In this document: one piece after another, positions 20,069-29,274 of the stretch | Layout of the letters: each line of letters starts with the position of its first letter | How positions within the stretch are numbered: the stretch's first letter is position 1 | Virus record (IMG/VR): IMGVR_UViG_3300046820_000903 | Location: 1 to 64,000 of that record | Strand: one strand, 5' to 3' | Length of the DNA: 64,000 nt | Source of the DNA: a virus | Translations under genes and position numbers: made by a program | Notes under the pieces: model-generated | What the model was told of the DNA's origin: nothing | Database searches by the model: none | The model's input: the letters and a program-made list of their open reading frames with translations, nothing else

Positions 20069-20097
20069 ATTATAGCAAAGAATGAGGTATTTGTCAA
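20069..20097 (-). promoter_or_regulatory. Consensus sigma70 promoter
   Basis: TTGACA-N17-TATAAT with extended -10 TG. Confidence 0.85.
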
Positions 20098-20115
20098 TAC
20101 CCCATTCCGTTGTAT

Positions 20116-20484
20116 TTAGGCAACTGCTTTTGGCAACTCGCGGCCTTCGGGCATAACTTGAGCGATAAACTCGCTTGAGTCAATTTGCTCTTTAGTCATT
20201 GGCTCTGGCAGTTCTACAAATTTAACATCTGTACAACCAGCACGGACCAAGGTACGAGTACGGCGCTTGTCGTTAGTGTAGCGAAAGGCACCACGACCCT
20301 TTTTGTCAACAGCATATCCAACGTGGGTGAAAGTTTCACCAGCGATAACTTCTGCAATAGCGGCTTCAACGACAGCAGGTGCTACTACAGGAGCGGCAAC
20401 TACCATTTCCATGACACCAGCGGCACGAGCACGAGCGGCACGTTTACGAATAGCGTCGGGGGTTTGCGAAAGAACTTTAGACAT
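20116..20484 (-). CDS. Hypothetical protein
   Basis: 122-aa ORF with a GGAG RBS, downstream of a strong promoter. Confidence 0.75.
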   Translation of the reverse strand: MSKVLSQTPDAIRKRAARARAAGVMEMVVAAPVVAPAVVEAAIAEVIAGETFTHVGYAVDKKGRGAFRYTNDKRRTRTLVRAGCTDVKFVELPEPMTKEQIDSSEFIAQVMPEGRELPKAVA

Positions 20485-20543
20485 ATAAAAACTCCAATTT
20501 GTTTGTTGAGTGTGTTATTGCAGAACCGTTCCGCAATAGTGTT

Positions 20544-20572
20544 ACTATACTACAGACCCAGATCCTTGTCAA
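20544..20572 (-). promoter_or_regulatory. Sigma70-like promoter with overlapping 13-bp palindrome
   Basis: TTGACA-N17-TATAGT; ATAGTGTTACTAT at 20536-20548. Confidence 0.8.
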
Positions 20573-20714
20573 CCTGTTTTTGGTTCTTTGCGTGTCGTTT
20601 ATATGCAACACGACTCTGCTCAACCTTACCTTTAAAAGGGGTATTTGCAGAGTACAGTTCCACACAACGGCGCTTTGAACGCTCAAGTTTGATTGTGATA
20701 GTAGTCCGTTTCAT
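20550..20714 (-). CDS. Small basic protein (54 aa), weakly ArfA-like
   Basis: Manually translated MKRTTITIKLERSKRRCVELYSANTPFKGKVEQSRVAYKRHAKNQKQVDKDLGL*; lies directly behind a promoter and is shorter than any ORF in the supplied track. Confidence 0.65.
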   Translation of the reverse strand: MKRTTITIKLERSKRRCVELYSANTPFKGKVEQSRVAYKRHAKNQKQVDKDLGL

Positions 20715-20723
20715 AGTGTTACT

Positions 20724-20752
20724 ATTATATGTGTTTTAGAGCCAAGAGTCAA
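20724..20752 (-). promoter_or_regulatory. Sigma70-like promoter with adjacent 13-bp palindrome
   Basis: TTGACT-N17-TATAAT with an upstream A-rich UP-like tract; ATAGTGTTACTAT at 20713-20725. Confidence 0.8.
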
Positions 20753-20851
20753 CCGGTTTTTGCACTTTTTTGACTCTTTTTTGTTGTTTTTTGCAACTCT
20801 GCTTAAAAAATAAGCAGATTAGTACTTTGTACTACTTTGCTAAATATGGTT

Positions 20852-21550
20852 ATGAATCCACGCCAAATTTTATCAGCCGCTTTTACAGCAAACGGAGGTA
20901 TTGCTGACTTTAGACCTCAATCAAATGCACTTGTTCCATTGGTGCTACCTGCGCCAGTTGGCACTTCAAACTTTTGGGTCAAGGGTCATAGCTTTCAGCT
21001 CAGTGAACGTGTTTGGCAAAACAACAATTCTGTTAAAGTAGTTGGGTTGGTATTCCATTGGTTCCTTGCACAAGATACAGGTGTTGAAACATCTTTAGCA
21101 AATAAAATTAATCCGTTGCTTGCATCTGAAGTCTACTATTTTAGAACCACTGACATGGCATGGATGGGCACGGCAGTGACGCAACTATATCCAACTATTG
21201 GTTCATTTTTAAGAATTCCAGATCTTACACAAAATCTTACATTTTGGATTAAAAACGATACACCAGTTGCCGCCCCAGAGGTTAGTAATGTTGACCAAAG
21301 CTTTTACTGTTCAGTGAGAGCAGGCAAGCCACTACTTACTGCTCCTAGCATCATGAATTCCAACTCAGCAACTATGTCAGATCGTGTAATTGCTTCGAAG
21401 ATACCTTTGAACATCAGTTGGAGAACAGAAGGTACTAAGTTAAAGTTTGGTTCAACTGGATTAAACTTTAGAATTGAAACGTTAAACAGCAGAATAGATC
21501 AAGTTGAAGTAAAGCTCGGCAGTACAAACACAGCACTTGTTAGAATTTAA
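20852..21550 (+). CDS. Hypothetical protein (lone + strand gene)
   Basis: ORF with likely ATG at 20852, 5 nt after TAAATA; converges on the next gene with a TTAA overlap. Confidence 0.7.
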   Translation: MNPRQILSAAFTANGGIADFRPQSNALVPLVLPAPVGTSNFWVKGHSFQLSERVWQNNNSVKVVGLVFHWFLAQDTGVETSLANKINPLLASEVYYFRTTDMAWMGTAVTQLYPTIGSFLRIPDLTQNLTFWIKNDTPVAAPEVSNVDQSFYCSVRAGKPLLTAPSIMNSNSATMSDRVIASKIPLNISWRTEGTKLKFGSTGLNFRIETLNSRIDQVEVKLGSTNTALVRI

Positions 21551-21957
21551 CTTTTGCGTTGAATAGACCTGCGTAACCCATCAAGCCATAGCAAGATATC
21601 ATCGTTTACTAAACGTATTTCTATGGCATCGTTTTCCCCAAAAATACGGAAGTAACCTGCTCCGTGGTAGTAAGGCCAATCTAAGTGTTGCTCGAGACCA
21701 ATCAAATGCCCAGGCTTTGGACTCCAACCAGGAGGCATTTGATAAGACCAATATCGAAAGTGTGGTTTCATTAGTTCCCAACCAAAAGCAGTTAAGCGCA
21801 AACCTTTTTGCCGTCCTGGCTGGTAGTTTTTAAACACCGTGTATGGTGTTATTTTTGTTGCCTCCCATATATGAGGCACAGGATACTGAGCTAGGTACTC
21901 AGTTATCTTTAAAGCTAGTTCCTGACTCATTGATTTTGCGACCTTGTTTGAGTTCAA
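21547..21957 (-). CDS. Hypothetical protein
   Basis: 136-aa ORF (start probably MSQEL); GLRLTAFG motif. Confidence 0.7.
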   Translation of the reverse strand: MNSNKVAKSMSQELALKITEYLAQYPVPHIWEATKITPYTVFKNYQPGRQKGLRLTAFGWELMKPHFRYWSYQMPPGWSPKPGHLIGLEQHLDWPYYHGAGYFRIFGENDAIEIRLVNDDILLWLDGLRRSIQRKS

Positions 21958-22210
21958 CTACACTAAAATCTGTAGTTTTAAACATTTTGTTCAAACGGTC
22001 AGACAAGTTAAATGCATGTCCGGGGTTAGAAAAACTTACCTTTTTATATTTTGGCCCTGGGTACGAAACCAAGCTATTCAGGGTACGTAAGTTAATAGGT
22101 TTGTCTTTATAGAATACGGCATATATAGCGTCAGCCGCGAGCACCTCTTCACTTTTATACGTGCGAGGGTTTGTATTTGTTAGTATTATTGTTGGCTTAG
22201 GTCTGCTCAT
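21899..22210 (-). CDS. Hypothetical protein
   Basis: MSRPKPTII...GPKYKKVSFSNPGHAFNL; ATG 5 nt after TAAATA. Confidence 0.75.
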   Translation of the reverse strand: MSRPKPTIILTNTNPRTYKSEEVLAADAIYAVFYKDKPINLRTLNSLVSYPGPKYKKVSFSNPGHAFNLSDRLNKMFKTTDFSVVELKQGRKINESGTSFKDN

Positions 22211-22258
22211 GCACTTATTTAGCAAAAGTGCGTATTTAATGGACCTATTAACTACAGC

Positions 22259-22645
22259 TTAAATTGTTGTTTTGGTAGAATGAATAGTCTTTAGCTTACT
22301 GCCGTATGCTACTACACAGCTAATTTCACGATTTTTATTGTCTGTTAGTACAAGAGTCCATTCTCTAGTTTCTCTATTTGCCCAAAAAGACATCACAAAC
22401 AGATCATCAACTACGCCAGTGGCAATGATATCTTCATTATTGGCATTTAAAGTTGCTCCTACTTCTATGCTAGGGCCGCAAGTCCATTTGCTATCAACTA
22501 CAACACTTGCGGCCAACACTGGGATACACTTTGCTATAAGATATAGCAATAATCCAAATATGGCAATTTTAGTTATAAGTGGCCGCCAGCCATTGAGTAT
22601 GTTGTTGAGCATTATCTGAAGCCTTCTGTAATCCATACTTACCAC
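22259..22645 (-). CDS. Hypothetical secreted/membrane protein
   Basis: Hydrophobic N-terminal segment followed by a beta-rich domain with two Cys; start uncertain. Confidence 0.55.
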   Translation of the reverse strand: MVSMDYRRLQIMLNNILNGWRPLITKIAIFGLLLYLIAKCIPVLAASVVVDSKWTCGPSIEVGATLNANNEDIIATGVVDDLFVMSFWANRETREWTLVLTDNKNREISCVVAYGSKLKTIHSTKTTI

Positions 22646-23552
22646 AGAACTTCATAAAATGTGGTCCTACAGAGGGATTACGTTCTTTCTGTACAGCTTC
22701 GGCAATGGTTTGATCGAGGATAGCTTTAATATTGTCGGGTTGTGCTGTTAAGTCAATAATAGCTTTGTTGCGCTCGTAATCATCTCTAACCAAATGTTCG
22801 ACACCTTCGTGGTCGGACCAACGTTGCAACATTAGATTGTTCCACATGAATCCGCGGTTGTTTCTGTCGGCAAAGGCCTCACGGAGACCAACCTTATTCT
22901 TTGTCCCCTTCTCACGTACTCCCGGATACGCAGAGAAGACATTGTCGGAGGTGTCGCCACGCATACACTTCTCAAAGAGTAGCCATTGTGGGTCTGGTGC
23001 GGCTTTGATTTCACCAGTCTTTTTATCTTTAATAGGCTTACGCTTGTCATCAAAGTATCCTTCATGTGTAGTTAATACGCCCGAGATACCATTGAACAAT
23101 TGAACATTAGGTGCAATGAGTTGTTCAAAGTCTGTGTCGCTTGAAACGATAATGTGGTTATCGCTTGGATGCAATTGGATCCAGCGAGCAATGAAGTCAT
23201 CGGCTTCGCATACAGGATTGCGTAGTACTGTTACGTTAGTCTTAGTGCTAATGTACTCGTAGAACTTGTCAAAGCTTTCCCAAAACAGCTTTTCTTCTTC
23301 TGCCTCTGCGGTAGTATGTTTAGCACGACCTTCTGCACGATTGGCTTTATAAGGAAGATAGACATCTTTGCGCCAGCTACGACCTTCAAAGCAGAACACA
23401 ACATGTTTGCCCTGACGATCTCTCCACTCACGTAGAACAGATGCAAGAATAATGTGATAGCTCATGGCCACACGTTCTTCTGGATCACCAGTACGGATCA
23501 CGTGCCGTGCGCGAAAGAATAGATTAGCGGCGTCAACGATTAGATAGCTCAT
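22569..23552 (-). CDS. 5'-3' exonuclease / T4 RNase H-like flap endonuclease
   Basis: LIVDAANLFFR, YKANR, EADD, VSSDTDFEQL, GDTSDNV. Confidence 0.92.
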   Translation of the reverse strand: MSYLIVDAANLFFRARHVIRTGDPEERVAMSYHIILASVLREWRDRQGKHVVFCFEGRSWRKDVYLPYKANRAEGRAKHTTAEAEEEKLFWESFDKFYEYISTKTNVTVLRNPVCEADDFIARWIQLHPSDNHIIVSSDTDFEQLIAPNVQLFNGISGVLTTHEGYFDDKRKPIKDKKTGEIKAAPDPQWLLFEKCMRGDTSDNVFSAYPGVREKGTKNKVGLREAFADRNNRGFMWNNLMLQRWSDHEGVEHLVRDDYERNKAIIDLTAQPDNIKAILDQTIAEAVQKERNPSVGPHFMKFCGKYGLQKASDNAQQHTQWLAATYN

Positions 23553-23558
23553 GTGTGT

Positions 23559-23587
23559 ATTGTAGCAAGAGCTACTAGAAAAGTCAA
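23559..23587 (-). promoter_or_regulatory. Sigma70-like promoter, probably giving a leaderless mRNA
   Basis: TTGACT-N17-TACAAT; the ATG begins 6 nt after the -10 box; no SD. Confidence 0.7.
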
Positions 23588-23907
23588 GCCTGATTACGAG
23601 TTTTATTGTTTGTTGCCATTCGGCCCGCTTCGGCTATAAATGAGCCATCTGCCATCCCATCCATACCAACATTACGGCAGAGTTCGGTGAACCAACCATC
23701 AACGATTTCTTCTGGTGTAGCACCTCTAAAACCATTTTCTCTTAGGAACAGCACAAAGGCAGGATTCCATTCAAGTTCGAAATAACCTTGCTTTGGATTA
23801 TTAGGATCAACATGTGCGGCAATAACATTAACCCATGGGTCTGGATTATCCTTCATTGACTTTGCAGTTGGTTTACGTTTGAATAGATTCTTAATATAGG
23901 TTAGCAT
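23584..23907 (-). CDS. Hypothetical protein
   Basis: PWVNVI...GYFELEWNPAFV; ATG 5 nt after TAAGTA. Confidence 0.75.
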   Translation of the reverse strand: MLTYIKNLFKRKPTAKSMKDNPDPWVNVIAAHVDPNNPKQGYFELEWNPAFVLFLRENGFRGATPEEIVDGWFTELCRNVGMDGMADGSFIAEAGRMATNNKTRNQA

Positions 23908-23943
23908 ATGAATACTTATTTTGAGAAGTTACCGGTAAACAGC

Positions 23944-24855
23944 CTAATTTGCTTTTAAGTCAAGGAAGTTATCCCACTTATATGCCTTATGAAAGAAAAA
24001 GTTAAAATACTTTTGTGGAACAGCGTGTGAATACGAACCATTTCCACGAAGACCTCTGTCCATTACTTTAGTAAACATGAACTCGTCTTTGAACTGTTTT
24101 TGCATTAATGCAACTTTATTTGTTGAAAATGCCACTGGTAAAAAGTTGGTAGTATCAATGATCCATTGAAACAGCGCCATACCTCTAGGATGTTTAGGAT
24201 AAATGTCATCCATTACAATTATAGCGTTGTCATTTATGTAGTTGGTAGTAAGGTCTTGAAAAATTTCTTGATTCTCTTCAAACGAATCAGCGGCAAGATC
24301 AAACATCACCAAATCAAATTTTCTCTGACCTGGAATGCTCTTTAGGCTAACGTACATTTCTCTATGAGGTGGATTGTCTATTTTGTAAAAGGTTGTAAAC
24401 TTCTGCCAAAAAATAACAAACTCTTCTACAGTTGACGGCGGAACACAATATTTGCCGTGTACTTCAAACATTTGTTGCTTCTCGGGATTAATGTTTTCCA
24501 GCTTCCATGTGTCTAGATGAAATTTCTTTAAGAACTTTCCTGAAAACATATCATGTCCTCTAATGAAATTTGCAAGTTCTTTTACATAGGTGCAGTTATC
24601 TATTAGAGTCCAATTGAATTTTTTATTGTCTCCGTATAGTGTATGCAATTGTTCTGTTAAGATAGGAAGCATACCAAAATAGCTACCAAGGTCAAGTATA
24701 TGTTTTGGATTGTGAGCTTCCATGAGAAGTGCAAAAAATACACAATCGGGATAGTGAAAGTTTAATGCAATATCTGGTTCATATAATGAACTACGATCTA
24801 TCGTTTTGAAGCCTTGCCATATAAAGTTTTCTGTAATTCGAGGTATGTTTAGCAT
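23944..24855 (-). CDS. Class I SAM-dependent methyltransferase
   Basis: ILDLGSYFG motif I; FDLVMFD; IIVMDD. Confidence 0.7.
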   Translation of the reverse strand: MLNIPRITENFIWQGFKTIDRSSLYEPDIALNFHYPDCVFFALLMEAHNPKHILDLGSYFGMLPILTEQLHTLYGDNKKFNWTLIDNCTYVKELANFIRGHDMFSGKFLKKFHLDTWKLENINPEKQQMFEVHGKYCVPPSTVEEFVIFWQKFTTFYKIDNPPHREMYVSLKSIPGQRKFDLVMFDLAADSFEENQEIFQDLTTNYINDNAIIVMDDIYPKHPRGMALFQWIIDTTNFLPVAFSTNKVALMQKQFKDEFMFTKVMDRGLRGNGSYSHAVPQKYFNFFFHKAYKWDNFLDLKAN

Positions 24856-25031
24856 TAAAAAAATCTGTTTTCGCGCTTTTTAATCTCGATTAAGACATTA
24901 TCTCTCCATTCATTGGATTCTCTATACCAGTTGTCTTTTTCATCAAGTGTGCGTGAACAACCGATGCAGAAATCTTTTTCATCTATAACGCAAATGCCCT
25001 GGCAGGGGTTTGATTCATTTGCGTGTTCCAT
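24855..25031 (-). CDS. DUF1289-like small Cys-rich (Fe-S) protein
   Basis: NPCQGICVIDEKDFCIGCSRTLDEKDNW; likely start MEHANES. Confidence 0.75.
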   Translation of the reverse strand: MEHANESNPCQGICVIDEKDFCIGCSRTLDEKDNWYRESNEWRDNVLIEIKKRENRFF

Positions 25032-25035
25032 CGTA

Positions 25036-25305
25036 TTAACCTTGTCTGTCATAATAGTCGTGTTGGTTTTCATCAAGTTTAGTGTATAACTCTTTTGGTA
25101 AGAATAAGGCGGCAATTCTCCGGCTCATTGGCAAGTTTGTTTCTTTTGGACGTTTAATTAAAGGAGAAACTCTATAGCCCTCAAATCGTAATGATTGTAC
25201 TTGGTGGCTAAGGCCACAGCTACATATCTGCTTCAACGGCAGAGTATAGAACGTATTATCTGAACTGCAAAGATGTGACCAAGTTTCCATAATGCTATAT
25301 ATCAC
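25036..25305 (-). CDS. Hypothetical protein
   Basis: 89-aa ORF filling the operon. Confidence 0.5.
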   Translation of the reverse strand: MIYSIMETWSHLCSSDNTFYTLPLKQICSCGLSHQVQSLRFEGYRVSPLIKRPKETNLPMSRRIAALFLPKELYTKLDENQHDYYDRQG

Positions 25306-25649
25306 TTAAGGTGAGTTTTTTCTAGATTTACAATTTCTGCCTTGATAGCTTCAGCAAAGTTTAATGCTGATTGCTTGTTTAAAAGCATATGATGTTCTTG
25401 CTTGTGTACTCCATTAACAAGTATATCATACACAGCTTTTAACCTATCTCCCCAACCTTTCCAGATTGGCGTCCACGTAGTGACATAGAAGCTTACTTCA
25501 ACATCAGGGATGTCTTTATCACGTTGAACTTCAATCCACATTTTAACAGCATGGTCATCGGAGGTACAATCACACTCAACGTTAAAAACTTTAGCATCTC
25601 CAAAATCATTGTCGATGCTGATGCCCTGCGCTGGTCGTTGTGCTTTCAT
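25302..25649 (-). CDS. Hypothetical protein
   Basis: MKAQRPAQG...VECDC...; coupled to the queE stop. Confidence 0.7.
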   Translation of the reverse strand: MKAQRPAQGISIDNDFGDAKVFNVECDCTSDDHAVKMWIEVQRDKDIPDVEVSFYVTTWTPIWKGWGDRLKAVYDILVNGVHKQEHHMLLNKQSALNFAEAIKAEIVNLEKTHLK

Positions 25650-26518
25650 CACTTGCCCCAACCGTTTGACCAGATGTCAACGTGCAGTCTAGGACTATAT
25701 CTATAACCACGTGCCAGTGCTTCGTCTGCAATGTGTCTAGTATTTGAAAAGTATGCTTTGTCCGTGCCACCTACTGGCATAACATAAACTTGTCCACCAA
25801 AGCCTGCTTTGCGATACTCGCTAACTGCTTGGTCTACTTCTTTAAAATCTAAGATGTTATCAATAACAAACTTTAAGTAGGTATGTCCTAGTGTTTGATA
25901 TTCGACTATAACATCGGGCTTAATAGCATCACTCCACTTTTCACCACTGGCACTTAACTTAGGGCTTACGCTAAAAGTTAGGTAGTCTCTGTCTCTACCA
26001 AAACGTGTCCATTCTTGAAACAAGTATTCATAAAAGTCTTCGTGTAACTTTTGAGTACCATTGGTTTCAAATGTTAAATTTTCTAAGTCTGCCATGCGTG
26101 GGTTGCTTAACAAACTTGGATAAAGCATTTGCCAACCCAACAACGGTTCACCACCTGTAATAACCAAATGTACATCGTTACCATTGTCTTGTAACCATTT
26201 ATGATTAGGGGTAAGGTCTAGCATTGTGTCAATGCTTTGCTCTACGGAGTAGTTTGGACTAAGATGTTTAAAAGCAGGATGCCAACTTGCATAGCTATCA
26301 CATCCTGTTTGTGCTAACGGCAAGTCCATGAATGTTTTATATAAGTGAACTTCCTTACCAATGTCATCTGGCTCTGTAGTTTTCTCGCCAGCGGGCAGTC
26401 CAAAGCCCGGACACTTAAAGTTGCAACCAAATGTGCGGAAGAACACACTAGGTACACCTACAAAGCGTCCTTCGCCTTGTGCTGAGTAAAAGACTTCACT
26501 TACTTTAAATTCATTCAT
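25649..26518 (-). CDS. queE: 7-carboxy-7-deazaguanine synthase (radical SAM)
   Basis: EVFYSAQGEG, FFRTFGCNFKC..., VITGGEP, FETNGT, SVSPKL, YSPRLHVDIW. Confidence 0.9.
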   Translation of the reverse strand: MNEFKVSEVFYSAQGEGRFVGVPSVFFRTFGCNFKCPGFGLPAGEKTTEPDDIGKEVHLYKTFMDLPLAQTGCDSYASWHPAFKHLSPNYSVEQSIDTMLDLTPNHKWLQDNGNDVHLVITGGEPLLGWQMLYPSLLSNPRMADLENLTFETNGTQKLHEDFYEYLFQEWTRFGRDRDYLTFSVSPKLSASGEKWSDAIKPDVIVEYQTLGHTYLKFVIDNILDFKEVDQAVSEYRKAGFGGQVYVMPVGGTDKAYFSNTRHIADEALARGYRYSPRLHVDIWSNGWGK

Positions 26519-26783
26519 AGATAGTAGACCACACTTTCAGTTTTTCAATTTTGGCTTGCTTTGCTTTGTCAAGGCCAGCTTCTGTTACAATTCCCTTTAA
26601 TTTTAACAGATCTACCATGGCAAGTACATCACCAATTTCACCTTCTAGGTGCTGTGCATTAGTTAGGGGCTTACCTGGCTTGAGGTTATCCAAACCAAAG
26701 CGATGACACTTGCTGACTGCTTGGATTACCTCTGCACATTCTTCACTGAGAATGTTCATAACTTCATGTAACTTGTTATCCAT
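26511..26783 (-). CDS. MazG-like NTP pyrophosphohydrolase
   Basis: EECAEVIQAVSK...LEGEIGDVLAMV. Confidence 0.8.
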   Translation of the reverse strand: MDNKLHEVMNILSEECAEVIQAVSKCHRFGLDNLKPGKPLTNAQHLEGEIGDVLAMVDLLKLKGIVTEAGLDKAKQAKIEKLKVWSTIYE

Positions 26784-26784
26784 A

Positions 26785-27336
26785 TTAACCTAAGTCCTGT
26801 CCGTAATCATCTGTAAATTTATCTAGCTTGTGTCTTTCAATTGCGGCACGAAGTGCTTCTTCAATAAGTGCATTAAAAGTCATATCACGTTCGTGAGCTA
26901 GCTTCATATATTTTAGCAATTCTTCGTCAGTGAAGTCAACTGGTACTTGCACACGAGTATCATAGGTTTCACCATTTACAATGGCTTCTAGTTTTTCAAG
27001 GAAGTCTTCTTCTACTTCCAAATCAGTGTAGTCAACGTCATCCCACGCTTGGTTACCAAGCGCACCGCGACTAGATGCCTCAGCACTATGTTTAGCCTGA
27101 TACTTGGGATTGATTAATCGATATGCTCGATCATTTGTATAGTCACATACTTCAACTTCATATACTTTTTGGCTCTTTGTGCTAAACACAATGTTAGCAC
27201 TCCATCCACCACTACCATGGATGCCATTCCATGAACTTAGTTGATATGAGTTTGAACCATAGCAAGTCCATCCATAGTCGCCGCCTTCGGTAATACGGAA
27301 TCCAGTTGTTTCAAAAAATTGTTGCAAGCTAATCAT
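26785..27336 (-). CDS. Hypothetical protein with C-terminal ribbon-helix-helix-like segment
   Basis: 183 aa; C-terminal ...LAHERDMTFNALIEEALR. Confidence 0.7.
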   Translation of the reverse strand: MISLQQFFETTGFRITEGGDYGWTCYGSNSYQLSSWNGIHGSGGWSANIVFSTKSQKVYEVEVCDYTNDRAYRLINPKYQAKHSAEASSRGALGNQAWDDVDYTDLEVEEDFLEKLEAIVNGETYDTRVQVPVDFTDEELLKYMKLAHERDMTFNALIEEALRAAIERHKLDKFTDDYGQDLG

Positions 27337-27345
27337 ACTAACTCC

Positions 27346-28185
27346 TTAAATTTCAATTAAAATGTCAGGGTTCCAACCTGACTCTTCGCCGTGCGATTCA
27401 TAACCACGTGGGTTACAAACAACTCTAGTTTCACCAATCATATAATCAAATGTTTGGTGCATATGGCCATGTGTCCATAGTTTAATCTGCGGACGATCTA
27501 ATATAAACTCACTTAGGTCGCTAGCATAGCCACCATTCATGAGTGTATCGTGTTTGTACTGCTTGCTAATGCTTTGATAGCTAGGCGCATGGTGACCAAC
27601 AACCACGCACTTCCTGTCTTTGTTGGCATCAACAATTTGCTTAATATACTCAACTGTTTTACGATGCCGGTCCATGGCATGTGCAGGACGTAGTTTAGTA
27701 TATCCATGCTCGTCATTACGAATAACACGGAAGTCATTCATCATGTCACCAATGGTATGTAAGGTCATTGGATCACCTTTGTTCATGTCAGTCCATAGTG
27801 TACCACCTACAAATAGTACACCTTCAATAAACTGCATGTCACGTTCCAAGAAGTATATGTTAGGAAATTTAGCACATTCTTCACGTAGGTGTTCTACACC
27901 TCTGTGGAATTCTCCGTGGTAGAATTCATGATTACCAGCAACATAAACCACATGCGGGAATTGAAAACTACAACGCTTTAAAAAGTCGCGAAATAACTGA
28001 GCACGAGCCTGTCCAAATTTTAGTGCGGCAATTTCTAAGTGGCTGTACTTTGCTTCGGGGTGGTCGTGTAAGTCGTTGATGATCATAATGTCACCAGACA
28101 AAATAAGGACATCATAGTCCTTGTCGTTTTTAATGTTAATGTCTACAAACTCAAGGTGTAAATCACTAACCAGTTTGATCTTCAT
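27346..28185 (-). CDS. Calcineurin-like metallophosphoesterase
   Basis: SDLH, SGDI, AGNHE, HHAP, HGHMH, NPRGY. Confidence 0.92.
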   Translation of the reverse strand: MKIKLVSDLHLEFVDINIKNDKDYDVLILSGDIMIINDLHDHPEAKYSHLEIAALKFGQARAQLFRDFLKRCSFQFPHVVYVAGNHEFYHGEFHRGVEHLREECAKFPNIYFLERDMQFIEGVLFVGGTLWTDMNKGDPMTLHTIGDMMNDFRVIRNDEHGYTKLRPAHAMDRHRKTVEYIKQIVDANKDRKCVVVGHHAPSYQSISKQYKHDTLMNGGYASDLSEFILDRPQIKLWTHGHMHQTFDYMIGETRVVCNPRGYESHGEESGWNPDILIEI

Positions 28186-28459
28186 TGCCAGCTTCCAGTT
28201 TTGCTATGGAGTTTAGTCCGTTTACTGGGATTCCATCTTCGTCAACGATTGCAAAACCATCAAAGACAAACCCAGCACCTTTACAAAAGTCTTCAAACGC
28301 TTGTAAAATTTCTTCTAGGTTGTCATGATTATGATCTAAGACAAGTTTCCTAGTACCATCATTGTAGCATAACACCCATTGTGTGTCAAGCTCATTCTTG
28401 TCTATTTTGCCTAACGAGTGCAATGCTTTAACAATGGTGTCCCAATCTTTATTGCTCAT
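28166..28459 (-). CDS. Hypothetical protein
   Basis: 97-aa ORF within the operon. Confidence 0.65.
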   Translation of the reverse strand: MSNKDWDTIVKALHSLGKIDKNELDTQWVLCYNDGTRKLVLDHNHDNLEEILQAFEDFCKGAGFVFDGFAIVDEDGIPVNGLNSIAKLEAGNEDQTG

Positions 28460-29240
28460 TGGACCTCAATGATTCGTTTAATACAGAAATGGCTCTAATC
28501 AAATCAATGTGTATGCCAGACTTAACAAGGGCCGCCTCAAATGTTTTTACATCTTTTGGAAAGCATTTTCCACTAAATCCGTACATACCATCAGCACCTG
28601 GAACTGTCCAATGGCTTACTCCAAGTCGACCTTCGTGTGTTAACAATTGTTTAACAACATCATATGAGGCACCATGTGCTTTGCATAATTGTGAAACTTG
28701 ATTAGCAAAGATAACCTTCATTGCCAAGAATGTATTTGTAGATAGCTTTGCTATCATTGCTTCCAGAGGATCTGTGATAATAGTAAGGCCAGGGTAACTC
28801 ATTACAAGGTCTGAAAACTCTTTAGCATCACCACCCAATACAATTACATTTGGATTCATTGCATCTTCTCGCCAAGTTGCTTCTCTGATATATTCAGGCC
28901 ATACAATTAAATCATCACCAAACAATTCAATCAACTTTTGAACCGACTCGATGCTTGATGTACTACGTAAAACAATCTTGCCTTTAAAACCTTTTTCTAA
29001 TGCTTCGTTAATTGCCGAGTCAACATTAGCTGTAGAGTTTTCTGGAATTGGTAGAGAATCATCTAAGTCTGTGTTTACACAAATTACAAGGTACTCTGCT
29101 TTATCCCATGAATCAGGATTAGCAATGATTCCTTTTGGTGGATCGTTAAAAATAACATCAATTGAGGGATTGAAGTTTTTTAGAAAAAGTTCTGTGGATT
29201 GGCCAACAATGCCTTGGCCTTGAATGATAATAGAGGTCAT
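28449..29240 (-). CDS. UDP-glucose/GDP-mannose dehydrogenase family protein
   Basis: GQGIVG Rossmann motif, LRST, PEYIRE, AKLSTNTFLAMKVIFAN, GFSGKCFPKD. Confidence 0.88.
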   Translation of the reverse strand: MTSIIIQGQGIVGQSTELFLKNFNPSIDVIFNDPPKGIIANPDSWDKAEYLVICVNTDLDDSLPIPENSTANVDSAINEALEKGFKGKIVLRSTSSIESVQKLIELFGDDLIVWPEYIREATWREDAMNPNVIVLGGDAKEFSDLVMSYPGLTIITDPLEAMIAKLSTNTFLAMKVIFANQVSQLCKAHGASYDVVKQLLTHEGRLGVSHWTVPGADGMYGFSGKCFPKDVKTFEAALVKSGIHIDLIRAISVLNESLRSNEQ

Positions 29241-29245
29241 AATTT

Positions 29246-29274
29246 ATTTTAACACAAATAGTTTTTAATGTCAA
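29246..29274 (-). promoter_or_regulatory. Sigma70-like promoter, probably leaderless
   Basis: TTGACA-N17-TAAAAT; ATG 5 nt downstream. Confidence 0.7.

Noticed and set aside
17350-20739. Long + strand ORFs (17350-18024, 19204-19674, 20185-20739) and other antisense ORFs in the track
   Set aside because: They are shadows of well-supported - strand genes with biased codon usage, and show no RBS or motifs.
20484-20850. tRNA or other ncRNA gene in the largest weakly coding region
   Set aside because: No cloverleaf or T-loop motif found; the region is explained by promoters and a 54-aa ORF.
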